Of a stretch of DNA of 24,000 nt, positions 8,151 to 15,615 are shown piece by piece (within the stretch, counting starts at the first letter, position 1; each line of letters starts with the position of its first letter). The notes under the pieces are model-generated. The model made no database searches and had not been told where the DNA came from. It worked only from the letters and a program-made list of their open reading frames with translations. Both the position numbers and the translations under genes were made by a program. The stretch comes from Candidatus Scatomorpha sp. (lineage in GTDB: Bacteria > Bacillota > Clostridia > Oscillospirales > Oscillospiraceae). The stretch spans positions 144,528 to 168,527 of the forward strand of contig JAXGSB010000001.1 in assembly GCA_040765295.1 (NCBI GenBank), read 5' to 3'.

Positions 8151-8245
8151 AAAGCATCACAAGGCAGCAAATCTGCCCTTGATATAGACCTCTTCGAAAA
8201 ATCTTGAGGTGAGAGTGGCGGAGCCCTCTGCTTTATTTTGAAGCA
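8120..8245 (-). promoter_or_regulatory. Structured 5' leader of the infC-rpmI-rplT operon
   Basis: Successive hairpins AGAGGGC-TCC-GCCACTCT and GGCAG-ATTTG-CTGCC precede the attenuator; such operons commonly have regulatory leaders in Firmicutes. Confidence 0.5.
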
Positions 8246-8250
8246 TCGGA

Positions 8251-8279
8251 ATTTTAACATCAATTTTTAAGTCTGTCAA
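8251..8279 (-). promoter_or_regulatory. Sigma-A-type promoter for infC operon
   Basis: Minus strand TTGACA - 17 nt - TAAAAT. Confidence 0.75.
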
Positions 8280-8314
8280 GTTTTTGTATAAAAAACCGCA
8301 ACTTAGCAAGAATA

Positions 8315-8342
8315 TTGAAAAATCACGTGATTGTGGTAAAAT
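8315..8342 (+). promoter_or_regulatory. Putative hprK promoter with a palindrome in the spacer
   Basis: TTGAAA - 16 nt - TAAAAT, with AATCACGTGATT (8321-8332) directly after the -35. Confidence 0.5.
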
Positions 8343-8369
8343 ATTCCAAAGCCTAAGGAGAGAAGTACA

Positions 8370-9308
8370 ATGAAAAAATATTCTGTATTACTTCAAGACG
8401 TCGTTAAGACAAAGGAGCTCCACGTATTCTACAAATCCGAAACCTACTCCGAACAGAAAATATATATCCCGGATATAAACAGGCCGGCTCTGCAGCTTGC
8501 CGGGTTTTACACATATTTTGATGAAAAACGTCTTCAAGTAATAGGCCGAGTTGAGGGCACCTATTTGGAGGGACTGAGCGATGAGCGCCGTAAGGCCGCG
8601 CTTATGAATCTCCTTAAATACAATATACCCGGACTGATATTCTGCCACAATGTAGAGCCCTTTCCCGAGGTCTATGAATTGGCTCAAATCTACGGCAAAA
8701 ACATCCTGGTTACGGATGAAGATACATCCACATTCATAGCCGACCTCATTGACTATCTAAGAACGGAACTCGCCCCCAGAGAGACTCTGCACGGAGTTTT
8801 GATAGAGGTTCACGGCGAGGGTCTGCTCATAAGGGGCGACTCGGGTATAGGTAAAAGCGAGACGGCGCTCGAGCTCATAAAGCGCGGTCACAGACTCATA
8901 GCCGACGACGCTGTCGAGATAAGAAGGGTATCGAACAATGAAATAAACGGGACAGCTCCGGAGATTATCCGCTATTATATGGAGCTTCGGGGCATAGGAG
9001 TAATCGATGTGCAAAGAATCTTCGGGGTCGGGGCGATAAAGCCCAGCACCAATATCGATCTCATAGTAGACTTTGAGTTCTGGGACGATAAAAAAACCTA
9101 CGACAGGCTGGGCGTCGCCACCGAGTATGATCAGCTTTTGGGAGTTAAGCTCCCGAGAATAACGATACCCGTGAGACAGGGACGAAACCTAGCCGTCATA
9201 TTGGAGCTGGCCGCAATCAACAACAGACAGAAGAAGATGGGTTACAATGCGGCTGAGGAGCTGGCAAAGAAGTACGATAAACTTGTTTCCGAGGGCATGG
9301 TAGATTGA
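8370..9308 (+). CDS. hprK: HPr kinase/phosphorylase
   Basis: GVLIEVHGEGLLIRGDSGIGKSETALELIKRGHRLIADDAVEI; PAPEI-like ELRGIGVIDVQRIFGVGAIK. Confidence 0.96.
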   Translation: MKKYSVLLQDVVKTKELHVFYKSETYSEQKIYIPDINRPALQLAGFYTYFDEKRLQVIGRVEGTYLEGLSDERRKAALMNLLKYNIPGLIFCHNVEPFPEVYELAQIYGKNILVTDEDTSTFIADLIDYLRTELAPRETLHGVLIEVHGEGLLIRGDSGIGKSETALELIKRGHRLIADDAVEIRRVSNNEINGTAPEIIRYYMELRGIGVIDVQRIFGVGAIKPSTNIDLIVDFEFWDDKKTYDRLGVATEYDQLLGVKLPRITIPVRQGRNLAVILELAAINNRQKKMGYNAAEELAKKYDKLVSEGMVD

Positions 9309-10231
9309 AATATACAAGGATTTCCGAAAATGCGGCAGATGAGATAAGCAGAAGATTGCCTAAGCTTCATATGCTCAGAGACGAGGATATGAAAAAACAC
9401 TGCTCTTTCAAGATTGGCGGAAAAGTCAGAGCGCTTGCCGAACCCGAGAGTGAGGATGAGCTAATTGCCCTGCTCTCGGCGCTTAAAGAAATGGGTATTC
9501 GCCCGCTCATAATGGGCAGAGGAACAAATATCCTCTTTAAAGACTCCTATATGGACTTTCTTATACTCAGAATCCACGACAGAATGAGCGGAGTTAGGCG
9601 AAAAGACGAAAGCCTTCTTGCTCTTGCCGGAACAAGTCTTCGCACACTCGCCGAAAGCGCAAAAAAAGAGGGTCTTTCGGGCCTCGAATTTGCGGGCGAG
9701 ATTCCGGGCGGCCTGGGCGGGGCCGTATTTATGAACGCCGGCGCCTTCGGCGGCGAGATGAAAGACGTTGTTTCATCCGTCTTCTCCATAGGCGAGAATC
9801 TCTCTCTTAAAGAGCGCACAAATGAAGAGCTGGACTTTTCCTACAGACACTCGGTGTTTGAGGAAAAAGAGGACGAGTGCATAGTCAAGGTGAAGCTTTC
9901 TTTAAGTGTTGCGTCAACCGAAGAAATAGCCGAAAAAATGAGAGAAATCTGCGAAAAGCGCCGCAGCTCTCAGGTGATAAAGTTTCCCTCGGCGGGCAGT
10001 TTCTTCAAAAGACCCGAGGGATATTTTGCCGCCAAGTTCATAGACGAGGCGGGACTGAAGGGTTTAAGAGTCGGAGACGCCATGATTTCGGAGATGCACG
10101 CGGGCTTTCTTGTAAACGTGGGTTCTGCCACGGCGGCAGACGTTCTAAGGCTTATGGAAAAGGTGCAGAGCGAAGTTTTAAAGAAGTTCGGCGTTGAGCT
10201 CAAGCCCGAAGTCAGGATAATTGGAGGATGA
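9305..10231 (+). CDS. murB: UDP-N-acetylmuramate dehydrogenase
   Basis: HCSFKIGGKV, LIMGRGTNIL, GLSGLEFAGEIPGGLGGAVFMNAGAFGGEM, SAGSFFKRPEG, AKFIDEAGLKGLRVGDAMISEMHAGFLVN. Confidence 0.96.
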   Translation: MKYTRISENAADEISRRLPKLHMLRDEDMKKHCSFKIGGKVRALAEPESEDELIALLSALKEMGIRPLIMGRGTNILFKDSYMDFLILRIHDRMSGVRRKDESLLALAGTSLRTLAESAKKEGLSGLEFAGEIPGGLGGAVFMNAGAFGGEMKDVVSSVFSIGENLSLKERTNEELDFSYRHSVFEEKEDECIVKVKLSLSVASTEEIAEKMREICEKRRSSQVIKFPSAGSFFKRPEGYFAAKFIDEAGLKGLRVGDAMISEMHAGFLVNVGSATAADVLRLMEKVQSEVLKKFGVELKPEVRIIGG

Positions 10232-10232
10232 T

Positions 10233-11102
10233 ATGCAGATACTTTTGATTTCAGGTCTCTCCGGCGCAGGAAAGACAAGAGTTGCAAATATTTTAGAGGA
10301 CATGGACTATTACTGCGTAGACAACATGCCCATAGCCCTCTTGCCTCGATTTGTTGAGCTCTGCAGCGCAACCAAGGGCAGGTACGACAAGGTCGGTCTT
10401 GTGGTAGATACGAGAGAGCGCGGGGATCTGGGCCAGTTTTTCAACATTATCGAAGAGCTTGAATCGCAGGACATAGAGCTCTCCCTTCTTTTCATAGAGG
10501 CAAACAACAAAACCTTGGTGACGCGCTTTAAGGAGTCGAGGCGCCCGCATCCGCTGCAAAGCAAGGACGTGGAGCTCGAGGCGGCCATTGAGAAAGAGCG
10601 CGAAGTTCTCTCCTTCATAAGGGAGCGAGCCGACAAGATTATCAGTACCGACGGATTCTCTATCGCGCATCTCCAGAAGACCGTAACCGAGGCGTTCTCT
10701 TCGGGAGAGGAGAGCAAGAGCATGATGCTCAACATCAAGGCCTTCGGATATAAGTACGGACTTCCCACCGACGCAGACCTTGTCTTCGACGTGAGGTTTT
10801 TGCCGAACCCCTTCTATGTTGAAGAGCTTCGGAATCTCACGGGCATGGATAACGAGGTCTATGATTTTGTTATGAGTTACCCCTCCGCTTGTGAATTTTT
10901 AGAGAAGCTCACGGAGCTCTTTTCGTTCCTGATACCCAAGTATGTGGAAGACGGAAGGTATTCCCTCACCGTGGGCATAGGATGTACCGGCGGCAGGCAC
11001 CGCTCCGTCACAATCGCAAGGGCTTTGGCCGAGAGGCTTTCCGAAAAGCAGGGCATAAGTGTTCAGCTTTCTTGCCGCGATATCGACAGAAACGGAGCTT
11101 AA
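10233..11102 (+). CDS. rapZ: RNase adapter / nucleotide-binding protein RapZ (YvcJ)
   Basis: MQILLISGLSGAGKTRVANILEDMDYYCVDNMP; SFGYKYG-like AFGYKYGLP; GIGCTGGRHRSV. ATG at 10233 preferred over the track start at 10221. Confidence 0.95.
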   Translation: MQILLISGLSGAGKTRVANILEDMDYYCVDNMPIALLPRFVELCSATKGRYDKVGLVVDTRERGDLGQFFNIIEELESQDIELSLLFIEANNKTLVTRFKESRRPHPLQSKDVELEAAIEKEREVLSFIRERADKIISTDGFSIAHLQKTVTEAFSSGEESKSMMLNIKAFGYKYGLPTDADLVFDVRFLPNPFYVEELRNLTGMDNEVYDFVMSYPSACEFLEKLTELFSFLIPKYVEDGRYSLTVGIGCTGGRHRSVTIARALAERLSEKQGISVQLSCRDIDRNGA

Positions 11103-11103
11103 A

Positions 11104-12093
11104 ATGAGCAGGCATTATATGACCCGCATAGTTGCCATAGGAGGAGGTACCGGACTTTCGGTGATGCTCCGAGGACTCAAGGCCTACAGCGAAAATCTCT
11201 GCGCCGTGGTCACTGTCAGCGACGACGGCGGCGGCTCCGGTATGCTGAGAGAAGACCTGGGCATGCCGCCTCCGGGAGATATTCGCAACTGCCTCAAGGC
11301 GCTGGCCAATACCGAGCAGCTCATGGAGGAGCTTTTGGACTACAGATTCAGCGAAGGCAGTTTAAAAGGTCAGAGTTTCGGAAATCTTTTTTTGGCCGCC
11401 CTCAACGGCATGAGCAAGAGCTTCGACGAAGCGGTATATAAAATGAGCCAGGTTCTGGCCATAACCGGCAGGGTTTTGCCGGTTTCAAACGAAGATATAA
11501 GACTTTCGGCAATTTTCGACGACGGATCAACCGTCGATGGTGAAAGCCGCATAGCCGAATATAAGCAGGGCAATATAAAGCGCATTGAGAAGGTCTTTCT
11601 AAGACCCGAAAAACCGAAGGCGATTCCCGAAGTCATAGAGGCCATAGAAAAGGCCGAGCTCATTATCATGGGGCCGGGCTCTCTTTATACCTCCGTCATA
11701 CCCAATCTCCTGGTCGACGGGGTTTCCGCGGCGATAAAACGCTCCAAGGCCATGAAGATCTATGTCATGAATCTTATGACGCAGGAGGGAGAAACAGAGG
11801 ACTGCACCGCCTCGGAGCATGTGAAGGCCATCTTCGATGCAGCCGAGGGCAAGGTCTTCGACTATGTAATTGCCGATGTGAGCCGCATTCCGGCCATGGT
11901 ATTGGACAGGTACGCGGAAACGGGAAACAGTCAAGTAGTTTTGGATAAAGAGGAGCTCTCTAAGCTGGGAGTCGAGCTCATAGAGCGAGAACTGGCAGTT
12001 TGGAAAAATGCCCTTGTGCGCCACGACCCCAATGTTCTCGCCCGGGAGATAATGGCGGTGTATAGGGAGCTTTCCGAGACCAAGGTATATTAG
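11104..12093 (+). CDS. yvcK: YvcK family protein (gluconeogenesis factor / CofD-like)
   Basis: VAIGGGTGLSVMLRGLK, VTVSDDGGGSGMLREDLGMPPPGDIRNCL, IIMGPGSLYTSVIPNLLVDG; start at internal ATG 11104. Confidence 0.95.
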   Translation: MSRHYMTRIVAIGGGTGLSVMLRGLKAYSENLCAVVTVSDDGGGSGMLREDLGMPPPGDIRNCLKALANTEQLMEELLDYRFSEGSLKGQSFGNLFLAALNGMSKSFDEAVYKMSQVLAITGRVLPVSNEDIRLSAIFDDGSTVDGESRIAEYKQGNIKRIEKVFLRPEKPKAIPEVIEAIEKAELIIMGPGSLYTSVIPNLLVDGVSAAIKRSKAMKIYVMNLMTQEGETEDCTASEHVKAIFDAAEGKVFDYVIADVSRIPAMVLDRYAETGNSQVVLDKEELSKLGVELIERELAVWKNALVRHDPNVLAREIMAVYRELSETKVY

Positions 12094-12104
12094 AGATTGA
12101 TAAG

Positions 12105-13004
12105 ATGTCATTTTCCTCTGATATAAAGGCCGAACTTTGCAAAATCCCCATACAGGCGCGCGCGGCGGCTGTGGCGGAATCTTACGGCATTTTGCTGCAT
12201 GCGGGCAGTTTCGAGCCCGGACTCATACGCATAATGAGCCGAAGCGAAGATGTGAAGCTTCGGGCGGTGAGACTGTTTAAAAAAGCCTTCAACTTGGACT
12301 TCGACTATGTTTCCGAGAAGGATGAGCCCGGACTTAAAAAGCTCCGCATGGAAGATATTGTAAAGATAGAGAAGATATACAACGCCTTCGGCTTCGAAAC
12401 GAGAGATGTCACGGTACACCATATAAATCTTGCGGTTCTTGAAAGAGAGGAGCATAAAACAGCCTTCTTGCGCGGGAGCTTCCTGACAGGAGGGACAATG
12501 ACCGACCCCGACAAGCAGTTCAATCTCTCGATAGTCTGCGCCCACAGGGCTGTGGCGAGGGAGATGAGGGCTTTGCTCATGGAGCTCGGCTTCGAACCGC
12601 TTTTTTCGGAGCGGGCGACAAGCTCGGCAAACTATTTCAGGCGCTCCGAGCTTATCTCGGACTTTCTCACCACAATCGGCGCTCCGGTGGCGGCAATGAG
12701 GGTGTTAAACGCCAAGATAGAGCGCGATATGAGAAATAAGATAACAAGGCAGATAAACTGTGACGATGCGAACACCTCCAAGCAGGTCGAGGCCGCCGAG
12801 CGACAGCTCGAGGAGGTAAGGAAGATATTTATGAGTCCAATGGGCGAGAGTCTTTCGGATGAGCTGCACGAGGCCGCCATGCTTCGCTTCTCAAACCCCT
12901 CGGCATCCATTTCGGATCTCGCTCGGCTTGCGGTGCCGCCGATAAGCAAATCTGCAATGAGCAGCCGACTGCGCAGACTTTCGGAGCTGGCAAAAAAACT
13001 GTAA
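12105..13004 (+). CDS. whiA: DNA-binding protein WhiA
   Basis: SFSSDIKAELCKI, AFLRGSFLTGGTMTDPDKQ, RQINCDDANTSKQVEAA; located directly after yvcK. Confidence 0.95.
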   Translation: MSFSSDIKAELCKIPIQARAAAVAESYGILLHAGSFEPGLIRIMSRSEDVKLRAVRLFKKAFNLDFDYVSEKDEPGLKKLRMEDIVKIEKIYNAFGFETRDVTVHHINLAVLEREEHKTAFLRGSFLTGGTMTDPDKQFNLSIVCAHRAVAREMRALLMELGFEPLFSERATSSANYFRRSELISDFLTTIGAPVAAMRVLNAKIERDMRNKITRQINCDDANTSKQVEAAERQLEEVRKIFMSPMGESLSDELHEAAMLRFSNPSASISDLARLAVPPISKSAMSSRLRRLSELAKKL

Positions 13005-13007
13005 AAA

Positions 13008-13051
13008 AGATCTCTCCGCCCGCACTGAATGCGAGCGGAGAGATCTCTTTC
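13008..13051 (+). terminator. Terminator after whiA
   Basis: Perfect AGATCTCTCCGC ... GCGGAGAGATCT followed by CTTTCTT. Confidence 0.8.
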
Positions 13052-13069
13052 TTGTAGCACTTTAGTGCG

Positions 13070-13096
13070 ATTTCAAATGTCGAAGACATTTGAAAT
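13070..13096 (+). repeat. 12-bp perfect inverted repeat near the left side of the IS200 element
   Basis: ATTTCAAATGTC-GAA-GACATTTGAAAT. Confidence 0.85.
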
Positions 13097-13152
13097 CAAT
13101 AAACCACCTGCTATGCAGGTGGAATGAAAGAAAGCTTTAGCTTAAAGTAAAA

Positions 13153-13211
13153 AACCTCCAGTGATATACTTTCTTTAGATTTGCCAATCAAAGAAAGAAA
13201 CAAAGGAGGTT
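13153..13211 (+). promoter_or_regulatory. RBS-occluding stem-loop of IS200 tnpA
   Basis: AACCTCC (13153-13159) pairs with GGAGGTT (13205-13211); inner stem CTTTCTTT (13169-13176) with AAAGAAAG (13190-13197). GGAGG is the tnpA Shine-Dalgarno. Confidence 0.8.
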
Positions 13212-13217
13212 CCATCC

Positions 13218-13688
13218 ATGGATAAGAATAGTTTATCACATACACGCTGGGAGTGTAAATATCACCTGGTGTTTGCCCCAAAGTATCGTCGACAAGAGAT
13301 ATATGGAAAACTAAAGGTAGATATTGGAAAAATCTTAAGAGATTTGTGCGAAAGAAAAGGAATCGAAATAATCGAAGCAGAGTTATGTAGAGATCATGTG
13401 CATATGCTAGTGAGAATACCCCCGAAATTTAGTGTGAGTGAAATCATGGGCTATCTAAAAGGAAAGAGTGCGTTAATGATATTCGATCGTCATGCAAATT
13501 TGAAGTATAAATACGGTAATCGACATTTTTGGTGTAGGGGTTACTACGTTGATACAGTGGGAAAAAATGCAAAACGCATAGAGGAGTATATACAACGTCA
13601 AATACAAGAAGATCAGGTCAACGATCAAATAAGTTTGAAAGAATATATAGATCCGTTTACGGGTAAGCCGGTAAAAGGAAACAAATAA
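13218..13688 (+). CDS. tnpA: IS200/IS605 family transposase TnpA
   Basis: YHLVFAPKYRR, CRDHVHMLVRIPPKFSVSEIMGYLKGKSALMIF, FWCRGYYVDTVG; HUH pair HVH and catalytic Tyr region. Confidence 0.97.
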   Translation: MDKNSLSHTRWECKYHLVFAPKYRRQEIYGKLKVDIGKILRDLCERKGIEIIEAELCRDHVHMLVRIPPKFSVSEIMGYLKGKSALMIFDRHANLKYKYGNRHFWCRGYYVDTVGKNAKRIEEYIQRQIQEDQVNDQISLKEYIDPFTGKPVKGNK

Positions 13689-13823
13689 CCGCTTAAGCGG
13701 TCAGAGCCGCTTTAGCGGTGTTGGGAAATTAGTGCGATTGGCAAATCATTCAATGCGCCATCAGGCGCTGCTAGTAATAAGCCCTTATAGGGCGTGTGCA
13801 AACCACCGGCTAAGCCGGTGGTT
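13689..13823 (+). repeat. Cluster of five short hairpins downstream of tnpA
   Basis: CCGCTTAAGCGG (13689-13700), CCGCTTTAGCGG (13708-13719), GCGCC-ATCA-GGCGC (13755-13768), GCCCT-TAT-AGGGC (13781-13793), AACCACCGGC-TAA-GCCGGTGGTT (13801-13823). Confidence 0.85.
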
Positions 13824-13833
13824 ATGATTAAGG

Positions 13834-14100
13834 TCAGTCTTCGAGAAGATAGCGCCTAAGCATATCCTGTAAAAGCTCATCTCTGTCGAGGCGGACAATC
13901 AAGGCTCTGGCCCCCTCGTGATTGGTTATATATGTGGGATCCTCAGAGATGATGTAGCCTACCAGCTGGTTTATGGGGTTATATCCCTTTTTCTCCAGCG
14001 ATGCGTATACTCTTTTTAGAATATCACGCTTGTCGTTGCTCTCGTCCGAGAACGTAAATTTTTTTGTCTCGTTAGAGTTGTCTCTAAGCTCAAAATCCAT
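13834..14100 (-). CDS. IreB family regulatory phosphoprotein (DUF965)
   Basis: LKRVYASLEKKGYNPINQLVGYIISEDPTYITNHEGARALIVRLDRDELLQDMLRRYL; likely start MDFELRDNS at 14100 rather than 14124. Confidence 0.9.
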   Translation of the reverse strand: MDFELRDNSNETKKFTFSDESNDKRDILKRVYASLEKKGYNPINQLVGYIISEDPTYITNHEGARALIVRLDRDELLQDMLRRYLLED

Positions 14101-14276
14101 AATATCACTCCGTTTCGTCCTCAAATTCTGTGTCCTTATATTCTAGCAAATTTCGGCTGAAAAGAAAAGAGAAACCCTTATATTTAAGCAAAAAAGAGTG
14201 AAATTCCAGGAAAAAATTAAAATTTACGGATTGTAGATTGAAAATTCCGACAAAAAGGCTGAAAATAAGGTGAATC

Positions 14277-14305
14277 TTTACAAAAAAGAGCCTCTTTGCT
14301 ATAAT
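14277..14305 (+). promoter_or_regulatory. Promoter for the tRNA gene
   Basis: TTTACA - 17 nt - TATAAT upstream of the tRNA. Confidence 0.7.
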
Positions 14306-14321
14306 TTTTCGAGCACATTAT

Positions 14322-14398
14322 GCGCCCGTAGCTCAGCCGGATAGAGTGTCAGACTCCGATTCTGAAGGTCGCAAGTTCGAATCTTGTCGGGCGTGCCA
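14322..14398 (+). tRNA. tRNA-Arg, anticodon CCG, CCA encoded
   Basis: Acceptor GCGCCCG/CGGGCGT, D arm GCTC..GAGT, anticodon arm TCAGA-CTCCGAT-TCTGA, T arm GCAAG-TTCGAAT-CTTGT, discriminator G then CCA. Confidence 0.93.
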
Positions 14399-14428
14399 AA
14401 AAGCTGCCGCAGAGCGCGGCAGCTTTTT
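14399..14428 (+). terminator. Terminator after tRNA-Arg
   Basis: AAGCTGCCGC-AGAGC-GCGGCAGCTT followed by TTT. Confidence 0.85.
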
Positions 14429-14534
14429 CCTTGCAGAAAAACGGTTTCCAAGAAACTGCGGCCAAATACTGTGAATATTGCCGAGGAAAGCTCTTTATGC
14501 TATACTTAGAAAAAAGTTTTTTAGGGGAAAAAGA

Positions 14535-15581
14535 ATGAAAGCTATCAAAAAATCCCTTATTTTAATACTGCTTTTAGCGCTGATTCTCCCCCTTGCGGCC
14601 TGCGGTGAGGAAGAGCTCGTCACAAAGCAGATTTTTGCCATGGATACGAGCATGATCCTCAAGGCCTATGGCAAGAACGCGGAGGAAGCGCTTAACGTAG
14701 CTATAGGCGAGATAAACTCACTAAATATAAGTCTCGACCCCGAAAACGAGCAGAGCATGGTCTACGAACTCAACAAAAGAGGTTATTGGGGCGTTGTTGC
14801 AAAAGCGCAGATGGCGGAGCTTTTAATGGCCTGCAAGGAGTACTATGCGCTGACTAACGGCGCCTTCAATCCCGCTGTCTACTCCATAGTCAAGGCCTGG
14901 GGCTTCATCGACGGCTCTTACAGAGTTCCCGAAGAGGAAGAGCTTGCAGAGCTGCTTAAATATATAAATTTCAAGCTTGTCGAGATTTCCTCTTTTCCGG
15001 GCGAGGAGTCATATATGGTAAAAACCCAGTACGGCATGCAGATAAGCTTTGGCGCCATAGGCAAGGGTTACGCCTCCGATTTGGTTATCGAGGCTCTAAA
15101 GGCAAACGGGGTAAAATCCGCCATAGTATCATTAGGCGGAAACATAAAGACCCTGGGCACAAAGCCCGACGGCTCTATGTGGACAATAGCTATTCAGGAT
15201 CCGGAAGCGACCGACGGTTTTATCGGTTATCTCAAAACCGCCGACAAGGCGGTCGTCACCTCCGGCGGCTACAACAGATTTTTTGTGGCGCAGGACGGCA
15301 AGATGTACAGCCATATTATAAACCCCTCAAACGGCATGCCGGCCGATTCGGGGCTCACCTCGGTTACGGTTGTCTGCGACAATGCCGCCAAGGCCGATGC
15401 GCTCTCCACGGGCATCTACGTCATGGGAGAGACAAAGGCTCTCAGGCTCTACAGGGAGTGCAAGGATTTCGAGCTGATACTGGTGACGGTGGACGGCAGA
15501 GTTATAGTTACCAACGGACTTTACGATTACTTCTCCCCCGACAACCCCAACTACGACTTTTCATACGCAAGCTCGAGCTGA
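14535..15581 (+). CDS. FAD:protein FMN transferase (ApbE family lipoprotein)
   Basis: Lipobox LPLAACG; TKQIFAMDTSM; ISFGAIGKGYASDLVIEALKANGVKSAIVSLGGNIKTLG; TSGGYNRFF; SHIINPSNGMPAD. Start at internal ATG 14535. Confidence 0.92.
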   Translation: MKAIKKSLILILLLALILPLAACGEEELVTKQIFAMDTSMILKAYGKNAEEALNVAIGEINSLNISLDPENEQSMVYELNKRGYWGVVAKAQMAELLMACKEYYALTNGAFNPAVYSIVKAWGFIDGSYRVPEEEELAELLKYINFKLVEISSFPGEESYMVKTQYGMQISFGAIGKGYASDLVIEALKANGVKSAIVSLGGNIKTLGTKPDGSMWTIAIQDPEATDGFIGYLKTADKAVVTSGGYNRFFVAQDGKMYSHIINPSNGMPADSGLTSVTVVCDNAAKADALSTGIYVMGETKALRLYRECKDFELILVTVDGRVIVTNGLYDYFSPDNPNYDFSYASSS

Positions 15582-15600
15582 GCTCGGGCTTTTTTTCTTT
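15570..15600 (+). terminator. Terminator overlapping the apbE stop codon
   Basis: AGCTCGAGC...GCTCGGGCT stem (one G:U) followed by TTTTTTCTTT. Confidence 0.75.
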
Positions 15601-15615
15601 AACGGAGGCCTCCTG

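Larger units (their letters stand above)
13057..13823 (+). mobile_element. IS200/IS605-group element (TnpA only); outer boundaries approximate
   Basis: Single Y1-type TnpA ORF bounded by subterminal hairpins CCACCTGC-TAT-GCAGGTGG (13104-13122) and AACCACCGGC-TAA-GCCGGTGGTT (13801-13823). No TnpB/IscB ORF nearby. Confidence 0.8.

Noticed and set aside
7709-8182. Plus-strand 157-aa ORF opposite infC
   Set aside because: Antisense to conserved IF-3 coding sequence and its leader; no independent evidence.
8119-8263. N-terminal extension of infC from the ORF track (MMLKFRCFKIKQRAPPLS...)
   Set aside because: It would translate through the hairpins and the U-rich attenuator, with the SD located after it; IF-3 homology begins near 8107.
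13689-13823. Possible CRISPR array or REP-type repeat array after tnpA
   Set aside because: The hairpins differ in sequence, spacing is irregular, there are no conserved repeats with spacers and no cas genes; they are better treated as IS-associated structures.
13057-13823. Possible TnpB/IscB-guided system with an omega RNA
   Set aside because: Only TnpA is encoded; no TnpB, IscB or RuvC-like ORF is found in the element or adjacent sequence.
14134-14276. AT-rich gap before the tRNA as a possible small RNA gene
   Set aside because: No clear hairpin plus terminator; the only well-supported signal is the tRNA promoter at 14277-14305.
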